64,000 nucleotides of DNA from an uncultured Verrucomicrobiaceae bacterium (GCA_964500675.1 CAZCNY010000005.1:73612-137611), one strand, 5' to 3'. Shown: positions 52,222-63,280, numbered from the stretch's first letter. The notes: a model not told the origin generated them from the letters alone. Program-made: numbers and translations.

Positions 52222-52233
52222 TCTTTCTTCGAC

Positions 52234-52893
52234 TCAAACATTCACGACGAAGTCCGAAATTCCCTCTCCAGCAGGAGAGCGAAGATGACCATCAACATCT
52301 GATAAACGCTCGCGCACCGGCGCAAACGAACGCCGGTGAATCGGCGTCGCGCCAAATTTTCGCAGCGCCTCTAAATGCACTTTCGTGCCATAGCCTTTGT
52401 GATCGGCAAAACCATATCCGGGATAAACCGCATCGAGTTCGATCATTTCACGATCGCGCGTGACTTTCGCGAGAATCGATGCCGCCGCGATTGCCGCGAC
52501 GCGCGCGTCGCCCTGCACGATGGCTTGCGATGAGTAATGCCAGCGCGGCAATTTATTGCCATCGACCAGCACGTGCTCGGGTTGCACGACGAGCGTTTCG
52601 ACCGCGCGCTTCATTGCAAGCAGACTTGCCTGCAAAATATTTAAGCTATCGATTTCCGCAACCGATGCACGCGCGATAGCAAAACTTTTCGCCTTCGCGC
52701 AAATTTCGGCATACAGCTTTTCGCGGCGCGCGGCGCTGAGTTTTTTCGAATCGTCGAGGCCATCGATCGGTTGCTGTGGATCGAGAATTACAGCGGCCGT
52801 AACAACATCCCCCGCCAGCGGCCCGCGCCCGACTTCATCGACGCCGGCCAGCAGATCGCCGGTGTACGCACACGCAAACAAATCGAGCATCAT
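52234..52893 (-). CDS. rnhB: Ribonuclease HII
   Basis: 219 aa. [25 protein letters not shown]. The C-terminus runs about 17 aa beyond the E. coli end, through a REP-like palindrome. Confidence 0.94.
   Translation of the reverse strand: MMLDLFACAYTGDLLAGVDEVGRGPLAGDVVTAAVILDPQQPIDGLDDSKKLSAARREKLYAEICAKAKSFAIARASVAEIDSLNILQASLLAMKRAVETLVVQPEHVLVDGNKLPRWHYSSQAIVQGDARVAAIAAASILAKVTRDREMIELDAVYPGYGFADHKGYGTKVHLEALRKFGATPIHRRSFAPVRERLSDVDGHLRSPAGEGISDFVVNV
52258..52281. repeat. REP-like palindrome (degenerate copy 3) inside the 3' end of the rnhB ORF
   Basis: aaTTCCCTCTCC-agca-GGAGAGcg, with the same left arm (ATTCCC(C)TCTCC) as copy 1. Translated as ..SPAGEGI.. Confidence 0.45.
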
Positions 52894-54137
52894 CGCGGTT
52901 GGACTCCGGGCGCATTCGCGCTCAAGGCATTATCTCCTGGCAAGAGATTGTCACCGAGCAAGAGATTTTCATCGAGCAAGCGCAGCAACGCCGTGGCTGC
53001 GCTCGCGCTTGCGTTGCGTCGCAACGTTTGATGTATCCGCAAAAACTCATGCTCGAGTTGCGCGCGCAGCGTTACATCGTGCAAGCGCTCCAGCAACAGC
53101 GGGCCGAGCACGTCGGCGCAGACATCCGTCTGCAAACGCTCGGGCACCAGCTCGCGCGCAGCGAGCAAATTCGGCAGCGCCATAAATTGAATTTTCACGA
53201 GCCGTTTCACCAGCGCGAACGACCACGCACCCATGCGATACGCGACGACCATCGGCTTTTTCAGCAACAGCGCTTCGAGCGTGGTCGTACCCGATGTCAT
53301 CAAGACCACATCGGCGGCGGTCATCGCCAATTGCGATTGACCATCGAGAATTTGAATCGGCAGAGACTCGCTGCGCGCCGCCAGCAACGCTTCGATTTGC
53401 GCACGGCGCGCGGCGTTGGCGGCCGGCAATACGAAATGCAAATCCGGATGCCGCTGCAATAGCCACGCCGCCGTATCGAGAAACGCGGCGCCGACTTGCG
53501 CGATTTCACCGCCGCGACTGCCGGGCAACAGCGCCACTACGCGCTGGTGCGGATCGATATGCAATTGCGCGCGCGCCGCCGCGACATCGGGCACGAGCGG
53601 CAATTGATCGGCGAGCGGATGGCCGACGCAGGTAACCGGCACCGCGTGATCGCGATAAAACTGTTCCTCGAATGGAAACAGCGTCAACATCAAATCGACC
53701 GCGCGTTTAATTTTGTGAATGCGCCCCTGACGCCACGCCCACACCGAAGGGCTGACATAATGCGCGGTTTTAATGCCGCGCTCGCGCAGCCACAATTCGA
53801 GGCCGAGATTAAAATCCGGTGCATCGATGCCGATGACAAGATCGGCGCGCCAATTCAAAAAATATTCGCGCAACGTTTTGCGCATCGTGAGCAATTCGGG
53901 CAGCCGTTGCAGCGGCTCGACAAAACCCATCACGGCGAGGCGCTCGATATCGAACAGGCTGTGAAAATTTTCGGCGAGCATGCGCGCGCCGCCGATGCCG
54001 CAAAACTCGATCGCACGAGGGCTGATGTTACGCAGTGATTTAATCAAATCGGCGCCGAGTAAATCGCCGGAAATTTCACCCGCGACGATGCCTATGCGCA
54101 GTGGCGCAGGAGCGTTCGACACCGGGTCATTCGACAT
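52890..54137 (-). CDS. lpxB: Lipid-A-disaccharide synthase
   Basis: Start set at [25 protein letters not shown]. The track ORF begins 20 codons upstream, inside lpxA. Conserved [10 protein letters not shown] and a GT-B fold. C-terminal repeat extension overlaps the rnhB start. Confidence 0.93.
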   Translation of the reverse strand: MSNDPVSNAPAPLRIGIVAGEISGDLLGADLIKSLRNISPRAIEFCGIGGARMLAENFHSLFDIERLAVMGFVEPLQRLPELLTMRKTLREYFLNWRADLVIGIDAPDFNLGLELWLRERGIKTAHYVSPSVWAWRQGRIHKIKRAVDLMLTLFPFEEQFYRDHAVPVTCVGHPLADQLPLVPDVAAARAQLHIDPHQRVVALLPGSRGGEIAQVGAAFLDTAAWLLQRHPDLHFVLPAANAARRAQIEALLAARSESLPIQILDGQSQLAMTAADVVLMTSGTTTLEALLLKKPMVVAYRMGAWSFALVKRLVKIQFMALPNLLAARELVPERLQTDVCADVLGPLLLERLHDVTLRAQLEHEFLRIHQTLRRNASASAATALLRLLDENLLLGDNLLPGDNALSANAPGVQPR

Positions 54138-54156
54138 AAGTGCCGCCCGTCGCGAT

Positions 54157-54927
54157 TTAGCGCACGATGCCGCGCTTGGAATTGGCAACCGAGTCAATCA
54201 ACGGCTGAACTTCGGGTGTGTCGCTGGCGAGCGCGCGCAATTCGATCAAGGCGTCGTCGACGCTCAGGCCTTGCCGATAAATAATCTTGTACGCGCGGCG
54301 CAGCGCGTTGACCGCATCGGCGGAAAATCCACGGCGTTTCAAACCTTCGACATTGATATTGCTCGCTTCGGCGGGATTGCCGGCGACGAGCACATACGCC
54401 GGCACATCTTTGGTGACAAGTGTCGATGCGCCGAGAAACGCGTGCGTGCCGATATGACAGAATTGATGCACGAGCGCATAGCCGCTGAGTATGGCCCAAT
54501 CGCCAACGTGCACATGCCCTGCCAGCGAAGCGTTGTTGACGAAAATGCAATGGTCGCCGATCACTGAATCGTGACCGATGTGAACGTAGGCCATGAACAA
54601 ATTGTGATTGCCGATCGTGGTCTCGCTACGATCCTGCACCGTGCCGCGATGGATCGTCACACCTTCGCGAATGCAATTGTTGTCGCCGATCACCAGCCGT
54701 GTCGGCTCGCCCCGGTATTTCATGTCGGGCGTAGCTTCACCGATCGTCGAAAATTGCAAAATTTGATTATCGCGGCCGATGGTGGTCGGGCCTTTGATCA
54801 CAACGTGCGATGCGACGCGAGTGCCGCTGCCGATTTCGACATTGGGACCAATCAGCGTCCACGGACCGATTTCGGCGTCGGGCGCGACGCGCGCGCTGGG
54901 ATCAACGATGGCGGCGGGATGAATCAC
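54157..54927 (-). CDS. lpxA: UDP-N-acetylglucosamine O-acyltransferase
   Basis: Left-handed beta-helix hexapeptide repeats. Start proposed at GTG 54927 (M/V-IHPAAIVDPSA), with GGAAGG 6 nt upstream and 1 nt after the fabZ stop. The track ORF's upstream extension overlaps fabZ. Confidence 0.93.
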   Translation of the reverse strand: MIHPAAIVDPSARVAPDAEIGPWTLIGPNVEIGSGTRVASHVVIKGPTTIGRDNQILQFSTIGEATPDMKYRGEPTRLVIGDNNCIREGVTIHRGTVQDRSETTIGNHNLFMAYVHIGHDSVIGDHCIFVNNASLAGHVHVGDWAILSGYALVHQFCHIGTHAFLGASTLVTKDVPAYVLVAGNPAEASNINVEGLKRRGFSADAVNALRRAYKIIYRQGLSVDDALIELRALASDTPEVQPLIDSVANSKRGIVR

Positions 54928-54928
54928 G

Positions 54929-55366
54929 TCAAGCCTTCCGGTCTGCGCATAAAATCGTTCCCGCCGCCGCCAGCTCTTCGCCGACAAACGAGCTGCACGC
55001 GAATTTCCAAATGCCGCGCTTATCGGAAATATACTCGGCTTTCAGGATCAATTGATCGCCGGGAACCACGCGACGTTTGAAACGTGCATCGTCGATGCCG
55101 ACGAAATAATAAATCGAACCATCGACGGGTTTTTTGTTTTGTATTTTGAAACCGAGAACGCCCGCCGCCTGCGCCATCGCTTCGATGATGAGCACGCCCG
55201 GCATGATCGGAAGATCGGGGAAATGGCCAGTAAAAAAGGGCTCGTTGACCGAGACATTCTTGACCGCGACGATCGACTTCGGCAAATTCAATTCGAGTAC
55301 GCGATCGACGAGCAGAAACGGGTATCGATGCGGCAGATACTCGCGAATTTCATTCACTTCCATCAT
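54929..55366 (-). CDS. fabZ: 3-hydroxyacyl-ACP dehydratase FabZ
   Basis: 145 aa. [34 protein letters not shown]. Confidence 0.97.
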   Translation of the reverse strand: MMEVNEIREYLPHRYPFLLVDRVLELNLPKSIVAVKNVSVNEPFFTGHFPDLPIMPGVLIIEAMAQAAGVLGFKIQNKKPVDGSIYYFVGIDDARFKRRVVPGDQLILKAEYISDKRGIWKFACSSFVGEELAAAGTILCADRKA

Positions 55367-56417
55367 TGTTTTCGCCTTTAACGGGTAATTGCGATTTTTT
55401 CAATTGTTTTTCGAGCGCGACGACGCGCCGGTACAACTCATCGAGCTGGGCGAAACGCACCGCATTTTTTCGCCACACATTCGTTGCCATCATACCGGTG
55501 CCCGATGTGTAAGAGCCCGGCCTGTCGATCGAGCCGATGATGCGCGCGCGACCTTGTATCTGCACACCATCGACGATGGTGATATGTCCTGCGATGCCAG
55601 CACCGCCGCCGATCATGCAGTGCGCACCGATAATCGCGCTGCCCGCAATACCGACGCAACCTGCGATCGCAGTGCCTTCACCGATTTGCACGTTGTGCGC
55701 GATCTGACACAGATTATCGATGATGGCGCAATCACCGATCACCGTATCTTCAAGCGCGCCGCGATCGACGGTGGTATTCGCGCCGATTTCAACACCGCGA
55801 CCGATGCGCACCGAGCCGAGTTGCGCAATTTTTTCCCAACCACCTGCGCGCGGCGCGAAACCGAAACCATCGGCACCGATGACGGCACCGCTGTGTATTG
55901 TGCAGGCGTCGCCGATGACGATACCGTGATACAGCGTCACATTCGCATGCAGTGTGCACTGCACACCGATTTTACTTTCCGCGCCGATGACCGTACCCGC
56001 GCCGATTTGCGTGTCCGCACCGATATGCACGTTATCGCCAACCACGCAGCGCGGACCGATCGCGACGCCCTTGTCGATGTTCGCGGTGGGCGCGACGATC
56101 GCGCTGGCATCGATACCCGCGGGCAAACGCGGGCGTCGATCGAACAAATGCGTCGCACGCGCATAGCTCAGATAGGGATTGTCGGAAATCAAGCAATCGA
56201 AACGCGCGCTGGCGGCTAATTCTGCCGTCAGAATCACTGCGCCCGCGCGCGTGTCATCGAGAAATTTTTTGTATTTCGGATTGGCGAGAAAACTCAGTTG
56301 CGTCGCGTTGGCCAACGCCAGATTCGCAAGACCGGTTAATGGCCGCGAACGATCGCCGCGGCATTCCAAACCGAGATGATTCGCTACCTCACCGAGTGTC
56401 AGCGAACCGTTGGTCAT
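55350..56417 (-). CDS. lpxD: UDP-3-O-(3-hydroxyacyl)glucosamine N-acyltransferase
   Basis: 355 aa. N-terminal LpxD domain followed by extended hexapeptide repeats. Conserved position between skp and fabZ. Confidence 0.95.
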   Translation of the reverse strand: MTNGSLTLGEVANHLGLECRGDRSRPLTGLANLALANATQLSFLANPKYKKFLDDTRAGAVILTAELAASARFDCLISDNPYLSYARATHLFDRRPRLPAGIDASAIVAPTANIDKGVAIGPRCVVGDNVHIGADTQIGAGTVIGAESKIGVQCTLHANVTLYHGIVIGDACTIHSGAVIGADGFGFAPRAGGWEKIAQLGSVRIGRGVEIGANTTVDRGALEDTVIGDCAIIDNLCQIAHNVQIGEGTAIAGCVGIAGSAIIGAHCMIGGGAGIAGHITIVDGVQIQGRARIIGSIDRPGSYTSGTGMMATNVWRKNAVRFAQLDELYRRVVALEKQLKKSQLPVKGENNDGSE

Positions 56418-56438
56418 CCGCGGCAGCCTCGCAGTCAG

Positions 56439-56969
56439 TTATTGAGCATTCGCCTTATTGAGCGCATCCGTGACTTTGCTGGTGATATTGTAACTGTTGT
56501 CGACATGCATAGCGCTGCGCGCATCCAACAACAGACCGATATTTTCCGATTTGATAATATCGGCCACGACTTTCTTGAATTTCGCTTCCTGCTCCTGCAT
56601 CAGCGATTGCATCAGCTCCTGTTGCTTGCCTTGCAATTTACGGCCGAGATACTCGATATCGGAGGCCTTGGCTTCCAACTTCTTGCGCTGTTCTTCTTTC
56701 TGATCATTGCTCATGACGGCTGCGTCTTTCTGCAGCTGATCGACCATATCCTGATACTCTTTCTTAAGCTTTTCGAATTGTTTTTTATCCGCGTCAAAAT
56801 CCGGCTGCGTGCCCAGCGCCTTGAGTTTTTTCTGCGCGTCATCGGTACTAAAAATGGCTGCTTGTGCGTCAAGCACCGCAATTTTTCCCTGTACAGCGGG
56901 TTGCGCGATAGCCATGGTGGAAGCTAACAAGGCGACTAACAGCGCAATCGATTTGGTTAGTTTGAACAC
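56439..56969 (-). CDS. skp: Periplasmic chaperone Skp (OmpH)
   Basis: 176 aa. Signal peptide followed by a Lys/Gln/Glu-rich coiled coil. Conserved position downstream of bamA. Confidence 0.88.
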   Translation of the reverse strand: MFKLTKSIALLVALLASTMAIAQPAVQGKIAVLDAQAAIFSTDDAQKKLKALGTQPDFDADKKQFEKLKKEYQDMVDQLQKDAAVMSNDQKEEQRKKLEAKASDIEYLGRKLQGKQQELMQSLMQEQEAKFKKVVADIIKSENIGLLLDARSAMHVDNSYNITSKVTDALNKANAQ

Positions 56970-57018
56970 GTTCGATCTCCGTTAACTAATTCGTTATGTT
57001 AAAATTAAAAACCGGCAC

Positions 57019-59589
57019 TTAGAAACCAGTACCCAGCGAGAATTGGAAGAATTCCGTACGATCGTATTGGCTGTCGCGAATCGGCTTGGCGATACTGAAC
57101 GTCAACGGCCCAAAACCCGTGATCCAGGTCAGGCCAAAGCCGGCAGAATAAACCAATTTGGATAAATCGACGCCGTAGCAGTTTACCTCCGACGCCGTGC
57201 AATTGGTACTGTAGACCTGACCGGTATCGACGAATAACGCGGTGCGCAGCGAACGCTGATCTTTTATGAACGGCAGCGGAAATAATAACTCCGCACTGCC
57301 CGTCATCATGATATCGCCACCGATCGGTTCGGGTTTTTGCACGCTATCCGAAGTATATATATCGTATTGAGAAGGGTTTTTGCTGGCGATTCGCTGGTAA
57401 CCCAGGTTGCTATTGTCACCATAGACAGTGCTGTAGATGAAAGAAGGCGTACCGCGCGGTCCAAGGCTGCTGCTCTGAAAGCCGCGCACCGAACTGTAGC
57501 CGCCCGCGAAATAATTCAAATAGAACGGTAATTCGTTGACATTGCCATAGCCGTCACCATACCCAAGCTCTGTGTGAAAACGCAGCGTGAGCGCATCGTT
57601 GAGCGGCACGAACAACTGACCGTTGTAAGTGAGTTTGTAATATTCAAGATTACTGCTGGGTACCGCGAGCTCGAACGCCACGCTTTGCGAATGGCCGCGC
57701 GTTGCCAGCTGACCGCGGTTCAAGGTCGATTGAACCCACGCCGTAGTGAACGTAAACTCTTTAAAGGTATTGCCATACCTATCCAGAAAACCTGGACCAC
57801 CGCTCTTCGCGTATATTTCATCCTGCGTATATAAATATTTCGGATCGAGCGGTATTGCGGATCCATAATTCACCGTTCCGTCGGCATTGGTTGTCACATC
57901 GTAATAATAATCAACGCCTTTCAACTGCCGCGGGCTCGCAATAATTTCAAGTGGCGTCGTATAACCGGCATCAATTTTCGTACGCGCGGCACCGACACTA
58001 AAGGTCAATCGCTCGGTTTCGCTGAGCGGATAACCGAACGACATAGTCCCGCCCGTGGTGCTCGTGGTGTAATTCGCCAGATTGATTTTACTGAGTTCGG
58101 CTTTGCGATAAAAAATCGAAAAGCCGCGACTGACGCCGTCCTCGGTGAAATACGGATCGACATAACTGAAGCGAACGTCGGTGAGATATTTACTGCGATT
58201 CGCGCCGATACCGATTTGCTTACCGGTCCCCAGGAAATTGTCCTGCTGCAAGTTGGCGCCAAGCACGAGACCGGTGCCCTGCGCAAAACCGATACTCGCA
58301 CCGATGCTGCCCGACGGTTGCTCTTCGACGCTGTATTTCAGATCGATGAGATCGTCGCTGCCGGGCACTTCCTGCGTATCGACCTTGGCCTCTTTGAAAT
58401 AGCCGAGACGTTCGAGCCGCACGCGCGATTGCTCGATCTTATCCGACGACGCGGGCGCGCCTTCCATCTGCCGCATCTCCCGGCGCAATACCTCGTCGGC
58501 GGTGCGCGAGTTGCCGCTAAAGTTGATGCGGTTGACGTAGGTGCGCTTACCCGGATCGACGAAAAATTTAATATCGACCTGTTTGGTTTCGTCGTTCGAA
58601 TCCGGCACGCCTTTCACTTTAGCGAAGTTGTAACCCTCATTGCCGAGGCGCTTCTGCAACAGTTGCTCGGTGTTCGTCACCAGCGCCTGCGAAAAAGTTT
58701 GTCCGCTGTGCACGAGAATAAATTTTTGCAGCTCGCTCTCGGGCAAAATGATGTCGCCCGACAAATCGACCTTGCCGACTTTATATTCGCCGCCTTCGTT
58801 GACGTTGATGGTGATGTAGACGGCCTTGCGATCGGGTGTGGTGGATACCTGCGTCGAATCGATATGAAACTTAGTGAAGCCGCGATCGAGATAGTACGAA
58901 TTAAGTTTTTCAAGATCGCCTTTGAGTTTTTCTTTTGAATACTTGTCGTCACTCGTGAGCCACGACCACCAGCCAGTCGTTTTCAGCTCGAACAAATCGA
59001 GCAGCGTGTCATCGTCGAATTTTTTATTGCCGACGATGACGATATGTTTGATTTTTGCCGTATTGCCTTCGTCGATATTGATATGCACCGATACGCGATT
59101 GCGCGGCTCGGCGACAACTTCAGTCTGAATATTGGCGTCGTACCGGCCCTGCGAAACGTATTGCTGAGTCAACTCCTGACGCATTCCTTCGAGCGTCGAA
59201 CGCTTGAATACCTGCCCTTCGGCAAGCCCCTGCTTTTTCAAACCGTCCATCAATTGCTCGGTCTTGAGCGCTTTATTGCCATCGATTTTAATCTCGCTGA
59301 TCGACGGACGCTCCTGCACTTGCACGACCAGCACATTGCCTTCGTGCGCGATGCGCACATCATCGAAATTGCCGGTTTGAAACAGACTGCGAATGGTATT
59401 GGCAATCACGTCGGCATCGATCTGATCGCCGACATTGAGCGGCATGGCGGCAAACACAGTGCCCGCGGAAATACGCTGCAAACCCTCGACACGGATGTCG
59501 GAGACGACAAAATTTTCAGCAGCGTGTGCGGAGAGCGTACCTAATATGAATCCGATAGCAGAGATTAAACGACGGCGTTTCATCGACAT
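57019..59589 (-). CDS. bamA: Outer-membrane protein assembly factor BamA
   Basis: 856 aa. Signal peptide, five POTRA repeats (VSDIRVEGLQRIS..) and a C-terminal barrel ending FQFSLGTGF. Confidence 0.97.
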   Translation of the reverse strand: MSMKRRRLISAIGFILGTLSAHAAENFVVSDIRVEGLQRISAGTVFAAMPLNVGDQIDADVIANTIRSLFQTGNFDDVRIAHEGNVLVVQVQERPSISEIKIDGNKALKTEQLMDGLKKQGLAEGQVFKRSTLEGMRQELTQQYVSQGRYDANIQTEVVAEPRNRVSVHINIDEGNTAKIKHIVIVGNKKFDDDTLLDLFELKTTGWWSWLTSDDKYSKEKLKGDLEKLNSYYLDRGFTKFHIDSTQVSTTPDRKAVYITINVNEGGEYKVGKVDLSGDIILPESELQKFILVHSGQTFSQALVTNTEQLLQKRLGNEGYNFAKVKGVPDSNDETKQVDIKFFVDPGKRTYVNRINFSGNSRTADEVLRREMRQMEGAPASSDKIEQSRVRLERLGYFKEAKVDTQEVPGSDDLIDLKYSVEEQPSGSIGASIGFAQGTGLVLGANLQQDNFLGTGKQIGIGANRSKYLTDVRFSYVDPYFTEDGVSRGFSIFYRKAELSKINLANYTTSTTGGTMSFGYPLSETERLTFSVGAARTKIDAGYTTPLEIIASPRQLKGVDYYYDVTTNADGTVNYGSAIPLDPKYLYTQDEIYAKSGGPGFLDRYGNTFKEFTFTTAWVQSTLNRGQLATRGHSQSVAFELAVPSSNLEYYKLTYNGQLFVPLNDALTLRFHTELGYGDGYGNVNELPFYLNYFAGGYSSVRGFQSSSLGPRGTPSFIYSTVYGDNSNLGYQRIASKNPSQYDIYTSDSVQKPEPIGGDIMMTGSAELLFPLPFIKDQRSLRTALFVDTGQVYSTNCTASEVNCYGVDLSKLVYSAGFGLTWITGFGPLTFSIAKPIRDSQYDRTEFFQFSLGTGF

Positions 59590-59614
59590 GAAGGACCAGA
59601 ACCAACCTCAAATA

Positions 59615-59659
59615 TCAGGACAACCGCTTTCAGGACAACGGTTATCAGGACAAGCTCAT
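59615..59659. repeat. 15-bp tandem repeat x3 (TCAGGACAA core) in the rseP-bamA spacer
   Basis: The TCAGGACAA core recurs at 59615, 59630 and 59645. Confidence 0.75.
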
Positions 59660-59663
59660 CAAC

Positions 59664-59688
59664 GCGGCATCGGTGGATTCGATGCCGC
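59664..59688. other. Perfect 9-bp stem-loop in the rseP-bamA spacer
   Basis: GCGGCATCG-gtggatt-CGATGCCGC. No adjacent U-tract on the transcribed (minus) strand. Confidence 0.5.
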
Positions 59689-59693
59689 CGCTA

Positions 59694-59740
59694 TTATTGA
59701 AGCGACAATTCTTATTGAAGCGACAATTTTTATTGCAGCA
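59694..59740. repeat. 18-bp tandem repeat x2.6 (TTATTGAAGCGACAATT) in the rseP-bamA spacer
   Basis: Identical 17-mers at 59694-59710 and 59712-59728, with a partial third copy from 59730. Confidence 0.8.
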
Positions 59741-59807
59741 CGCATTTCTGGTGGCGCAATAATGTTGCTGGTGACTTTATTGGTGACTACTTCATTCTTG
59801 CTGTGCG

Positions 59808-61169
59808 TTAGAGTCGAAGCAGATCGTTGTACAGCGCCAGCACCATCACTCCGATCACAACGAACAGCCCAACTTGATAACCCACTGCCTGCACTTTCTC
59901 CGACAGCGGTTTGCCGGTGATCAACTCCGGCAGCGAAAACAAAATATGGCCGCCATCGAGCACCGGGATCGGCAGTAAATTCAATACGCCGAGACTTACG
60001 CTGAGAAAAGCCAGGAAAGCCAGAAACGGTTCCCACCCTGACTCGGCGGAAGCGGTCGCCACTTTAGCAATCGTGATCGGCCCACTCAAGTTTTTTGCGG
60101 ACACCATGCCGAGCAACATTTTTTTCATCGTGTCGAGCGAGATCGCCGCGGTCGCCCACGTGCGATCGAGCGCCTTGCCGATCGCAGCGATCGGTCCATA
60201 GCGAAAATCGCGCTTCATGTTATCGGGCCATTCGATTTTGCCGCCCAACCCGGCCAAGCCAAACGCTTTACCGGCATCGTCGAGTTTGCGCTCTGGCGTA
60301 AGCTCGATATCGTGTCGACCATCGGCGCGGACGATAACGGTATGGATCACCCGCTCGGGACGCGCGCGCACATATTCCTGCCATTCGCGCCAATTGGCGA
60401 TGGGTGTGCCATCGGCGCTCTCGATACGATCCCCCACCATGAATCCCGCCTGCGCCGCCGGACTAGCGGGCACCACGGTCTCGATAACAGGCTCGCCGCG
60501 CGGATACCACAGCGTAATGCCGAGCCCTTCGACCATATCGGGAGCTTCCGCGCCGGCCAGCCAATTATCGAGCGCAATGGTTCGCCTCTCGACCAGATCG
60601 GAATCGGGGTTTTTCACCGAGATTTGCAGCGTGCCGGTTTCGCCGATGCGACGCAGCAGGCGCTCTTGCAGCGCCTGCCAGGTCGGCGTCGCAGCGCCAT
60701 CGACAGCGACGATTTCCTGACCCGTTTCAAGACCGGCGTGCGCGGCCAGCGAGTCGGGCTTGATGGTATCGATGACAGGGGTGACGCCGCTGATGCCGGT
60801 CATGAAAATAATCCAGAACAGCACGATCGCGAGCACGAAGTTGGCGATCGGACCTGCGGCGACAATCGCGATGCGGCTCAACACGGGCTTGCGCATAAAA
60901 CTCTGCGGCAACAATTCCGGCGGCACTTCGCCTTCGCGCTCATCGAGCATCTTGACGTAGCCGCCGAGCGGAATCGCGGCGATGGCGAATTCGGTGCCGT
61001 GACGATCGAGCCTGCGCCATAGCGGCTTGCCAAAACCGATACAGAAACGCAGCACTTTTACACCGCAGCGCCGCGCCACCCAGAAGTGGCCGAATTCGTG
61101 AACCGTCACAACCACGGCCAGCGTGAGGGCGGTGACCAATAGCATTTGCAGCAGATGAGGCATGCTCAA
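59808..61169 (-). CDS. rseP: Site-2 (RIP) zinc metalloprotease RseP
   Basis: 453 aa. HEFGHFWVARR zinc motif, PDZ domains, and a C-terminal LNLLPIPVLDGG motif. Confidence 0.95.
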   Translation of the reverse strand: MSMPHLLQMLLVTALTLAVVVTVHEFGHFWVARRCGVKVLRFCIGFGKPLWRRLDRHGTEFAIAAIPLGGYVKMLDEREGEVPPELLPQSFMRKPVLSRIAIVAAGPIANFVLAIVLFWIIFMTGISGVTPVIDTIKPDSLAAHAGLETGQEIVAVDGAATPTWQALQERLLRRIGETGTLQISVKNPDSDLVERRTIALDNWLAGAEAPDMVEGLGITLWYPRGEPVIETVVPASPAAQAGFMVGDRIESADGTPIANWREWQEYVRARPERVIHTVIVRADGRHDIELTPERKLDDAGKAFGLAGLGGKIEWPDNMKRDFRYGPIAAIGKALDRTWATAAISLDTMKKMLLGMVSAKNLSGPITIAKVATASAESGWEPFLAFLAFLSVSLGVLNLLPIPVLDGGHILFSLPELITGKPLSEKVQAVGYQVGLFVVIGVMVLALYNDLLRL

Positions 61170-61198
61170 TTACCTGTTTTCTTCGCGATAAGCGGCAA

Positions 61199-62398
61199 CT
61201 AATTATCCCTATCGGAGACCAGCGCCGCCGCCAATTCGCGCGCATAAAGATCCGCGTTTTTGACATCGGTCAGCGTGCGCGGTTCAACCGCGGCAACTCG
61301 CGCAAGTACACGTTCGATAATCGAGGAAATCGTCGTGAATGGAATTTTCCCCGCGAGAAATGCCGCCACGGCCACTTCGTTAGCCGCATTCAGTACAGCC
61401 GGCGCGGTGCCGCCGGTTTGCATCGCCTCGCCGGCGAGGCGCAGGCACGGAAACCGCGCGTAATCCGGCGCTTGGAAATCGAGCCGCGCCTGCGCGACGA
61501 GATCGAGCGTACCGACACCCGATTCGATGCGCTCGGGCCACGCCAGGGCGTGCGCGATCGGCGTGCGCATATCGGGATTGCCGAGCTGAGCGAGCACCGA
61601 GCCGTCGATATATTCGACCATGCTGTGAATCACCGATTGCGGATGCACGACGATCTCTACCTGCTCGGGTTGCGCATCGAACAGCCAGCACGCCTCAATG
61701 AACTCCAGGCCCTTGTTCATCATCGTCGCCGAATCGACCGATATCTTCGGCCCCATCGACCAATTCGGATGCGCGACCGCCTGCGCCGGCGTCACTCTAA
61801 CAAGATCGCTCAGCGGCGTATTGCGAAACGGGCCGCCCGACCCCGTCAACAAAATTTTGCGTACGCCGACACGCGTCAACGTCTCGCGCCCCGACGCACC
61901 GCACACATACGCGGGCGGCATGCATTGAAAAATCGCGTTGTGCTCGCTGTCGACGGGCAGCAATGTGGCGCCCGCTGCCGCCACCGCTTCCATGAATAAA
62001 CGGCCCGCCATCACCAGCGCTTCCTTATTCACGAGCAGTACCCGCTTGCCGGCTTGCACGGCCGCGAGAGTCGGCTCCAAACCGGCGGCACCGACGATGG
62101 CGGCGACAACGATATCGACATCAGGATGTGCAGCGATATGTTGCAACCCCGCATTGCCGCACAGCACTTCGATATCGCGCCCACACAACACGGAACGCAA
62201 CTGCTCGGCGCCTCGCTCATCACCGATCACGACATAGCGCGGCGCGAAACGCTGCGCCAATTCCGCCAGCTTATTCACGCTCGCATGCGCGCTCAGCGCG
62301 AACACGCGGTAGCGTTCGGGATGGCGCGCGATCACGTCGAGCGTGCTCGCACCAATCGAGCCTGTCGCGCCCAATACGGTTACCGCTTTGATCGTCAT
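61199..62398 (-). CDS. dxr: 1-deoxy-D-xylulose-5-phosphate reductoisomerase
   Basis: 399 aa. [14 protein letters not shown]-binding motif, [21 protein letters not shown]. Confidence 0.97.
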   Translation of the reverse strand: MTIKAVTVLGATGSIGASTLDVIARHPERYRVFALSAHASVNKLAELAQRFAPRYVVIGDERGAEQLRSVLCGRDIEVLCGNAGLQHIAAHPDVDIVVAAIVGAAGLEPTLAAVQAGKRVLLVNKEALVMAGRLFMEAVAAAGATLLPVDSEHNAIFQCMPPAYVCGASGRETLTRVGVRKILLTGSGGPFRNTPLSDLVRVTPAQAVAHPNWSMGPKISVDSATMMNKGLEFIEACWLFDAQPEQVEIVVHPQSVIHSMVEYIDGSVLAQLGNPDMRTPIAHALAWPERIESGVGTLDLVAQARLDFQAPDYARFPCLRLAGEAMQTGGTAPAVLNAANEVAVAAFLAGKIPFTTISSIIERVLARVAAVEPRTLTDVKNADLYARELAAALVSDRDN

Positions 62399-62434
62399 AA
62401 CGCGAACGCTATCTGCATAAAAAAAACCACCCGT

Positions 62435-63280
62435 TCACGGCACGAGCAAAAGGCCCAATACAAAAATTGGCGCGGCGGCGCTGATGCTATCGAGCCGATC
62501 AAGCACACCGCCGTGACCCGGCAGAATACTACCGCTGTCTTTGACCCCGCGATGGCGCTTCAACATGCTTTCCAGTAAATCGCCGAGCACCGAAGCGACC
62601 ACCGTTACCGCTGCGATTATCAACATCGCCAGCAACGGAAATTGCTCCCAGAGTAAACGCCAGGCCAGCGCGGTGAATAAAACGCTCGCGGCGAGCCCAC
62701 CCCAAAAACCCTCCCACGACTTGCCGGGACTGACCACCGGCGCAAGCTTGTGTCTTCCCCATAGCGTGCCGCTGAAATAAGCGCCGATATCCGCCGCCGC
62801 AACCAGAGCAAGCAAAAATATGACCCTCCATTCCCCCTCGGCCTGAAAGCGCAAATAGGCACACGCGAGCCATGACGGCAACAGCGCCAGCCAGCCCAGT
62901 AGCAATTGCGCACCGGTTGAGCCCCACCAGGAGGCGCTAGCGGGAAATGTTTTTATGCCGAACCACGCCACGCACCACCACACGGCGGCAACGGCAAATA
63001 CGCCCTGAAGCACATGTATGCTGGGCGTCGCGGCGAATAAATTCGTCGCACCTAACAATACAATCATGGCGCATGCGGATAACACGCAATAAAGTAATCG
63101 CGCAACGGGGCTTACGATACCCGCGAGATCAGCCCACTCCCAACAGCCGAGCAACGTCACCAGCGCCAACACAATTACCAGGGCGCGCGCAGGCAAAAAA
63201 ATAATGGCCGCAATCGCGGCCAGCGCGAGCACTGCGCCCGTGATGACGCGTTGCTTAAGCAGCGCCGGTGGCTTAGGCAT
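62435..63280 (-). CDS. cdsA: Phosphatidate cytidylyltransferase
   Basis: Start set at MPKPPALLKQRVITG, 62 codons inside the track ORF. Polytopic membrane protein with the signature SMLKRHRGVKDSGSILPGHGGVLDRLD. Confidence 0.92.
   Translation of the reverse strand: MPKPPALLKQRVITGAVLALAAIAAIIFLPARALVIVLALVTLLGCWEWADLAGIVSPVARLLYCVLSACAMIVLLGATNLFAATPSIHVLQGVFAVAAVWWCVAWFGIKTFPASASWWGSTGAQLLLGWLALLPSWLACAYLRFQAEGEWRVIFLLALVAAADIGAYFSGTLWGRHKLAPVVSPGKSWEGFWGGLAASVLFTALAWRLLWEQFPLLAMLIIAAVTVVASVLGDLLESMLKRHRGVKDSGSILPGHGGVLDRLDSISAAAPIFVLGLLLVP

Noticed and set aside
59435-60036. 161-aa plus-strand and 125-aa minus-strand ORFs crossing the rseP-bamA spacer
   Set aside because: They overlap the well-supported bamA and rseP coding regions in other frames. 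Their spacer portions are simply translated tandem repeats.
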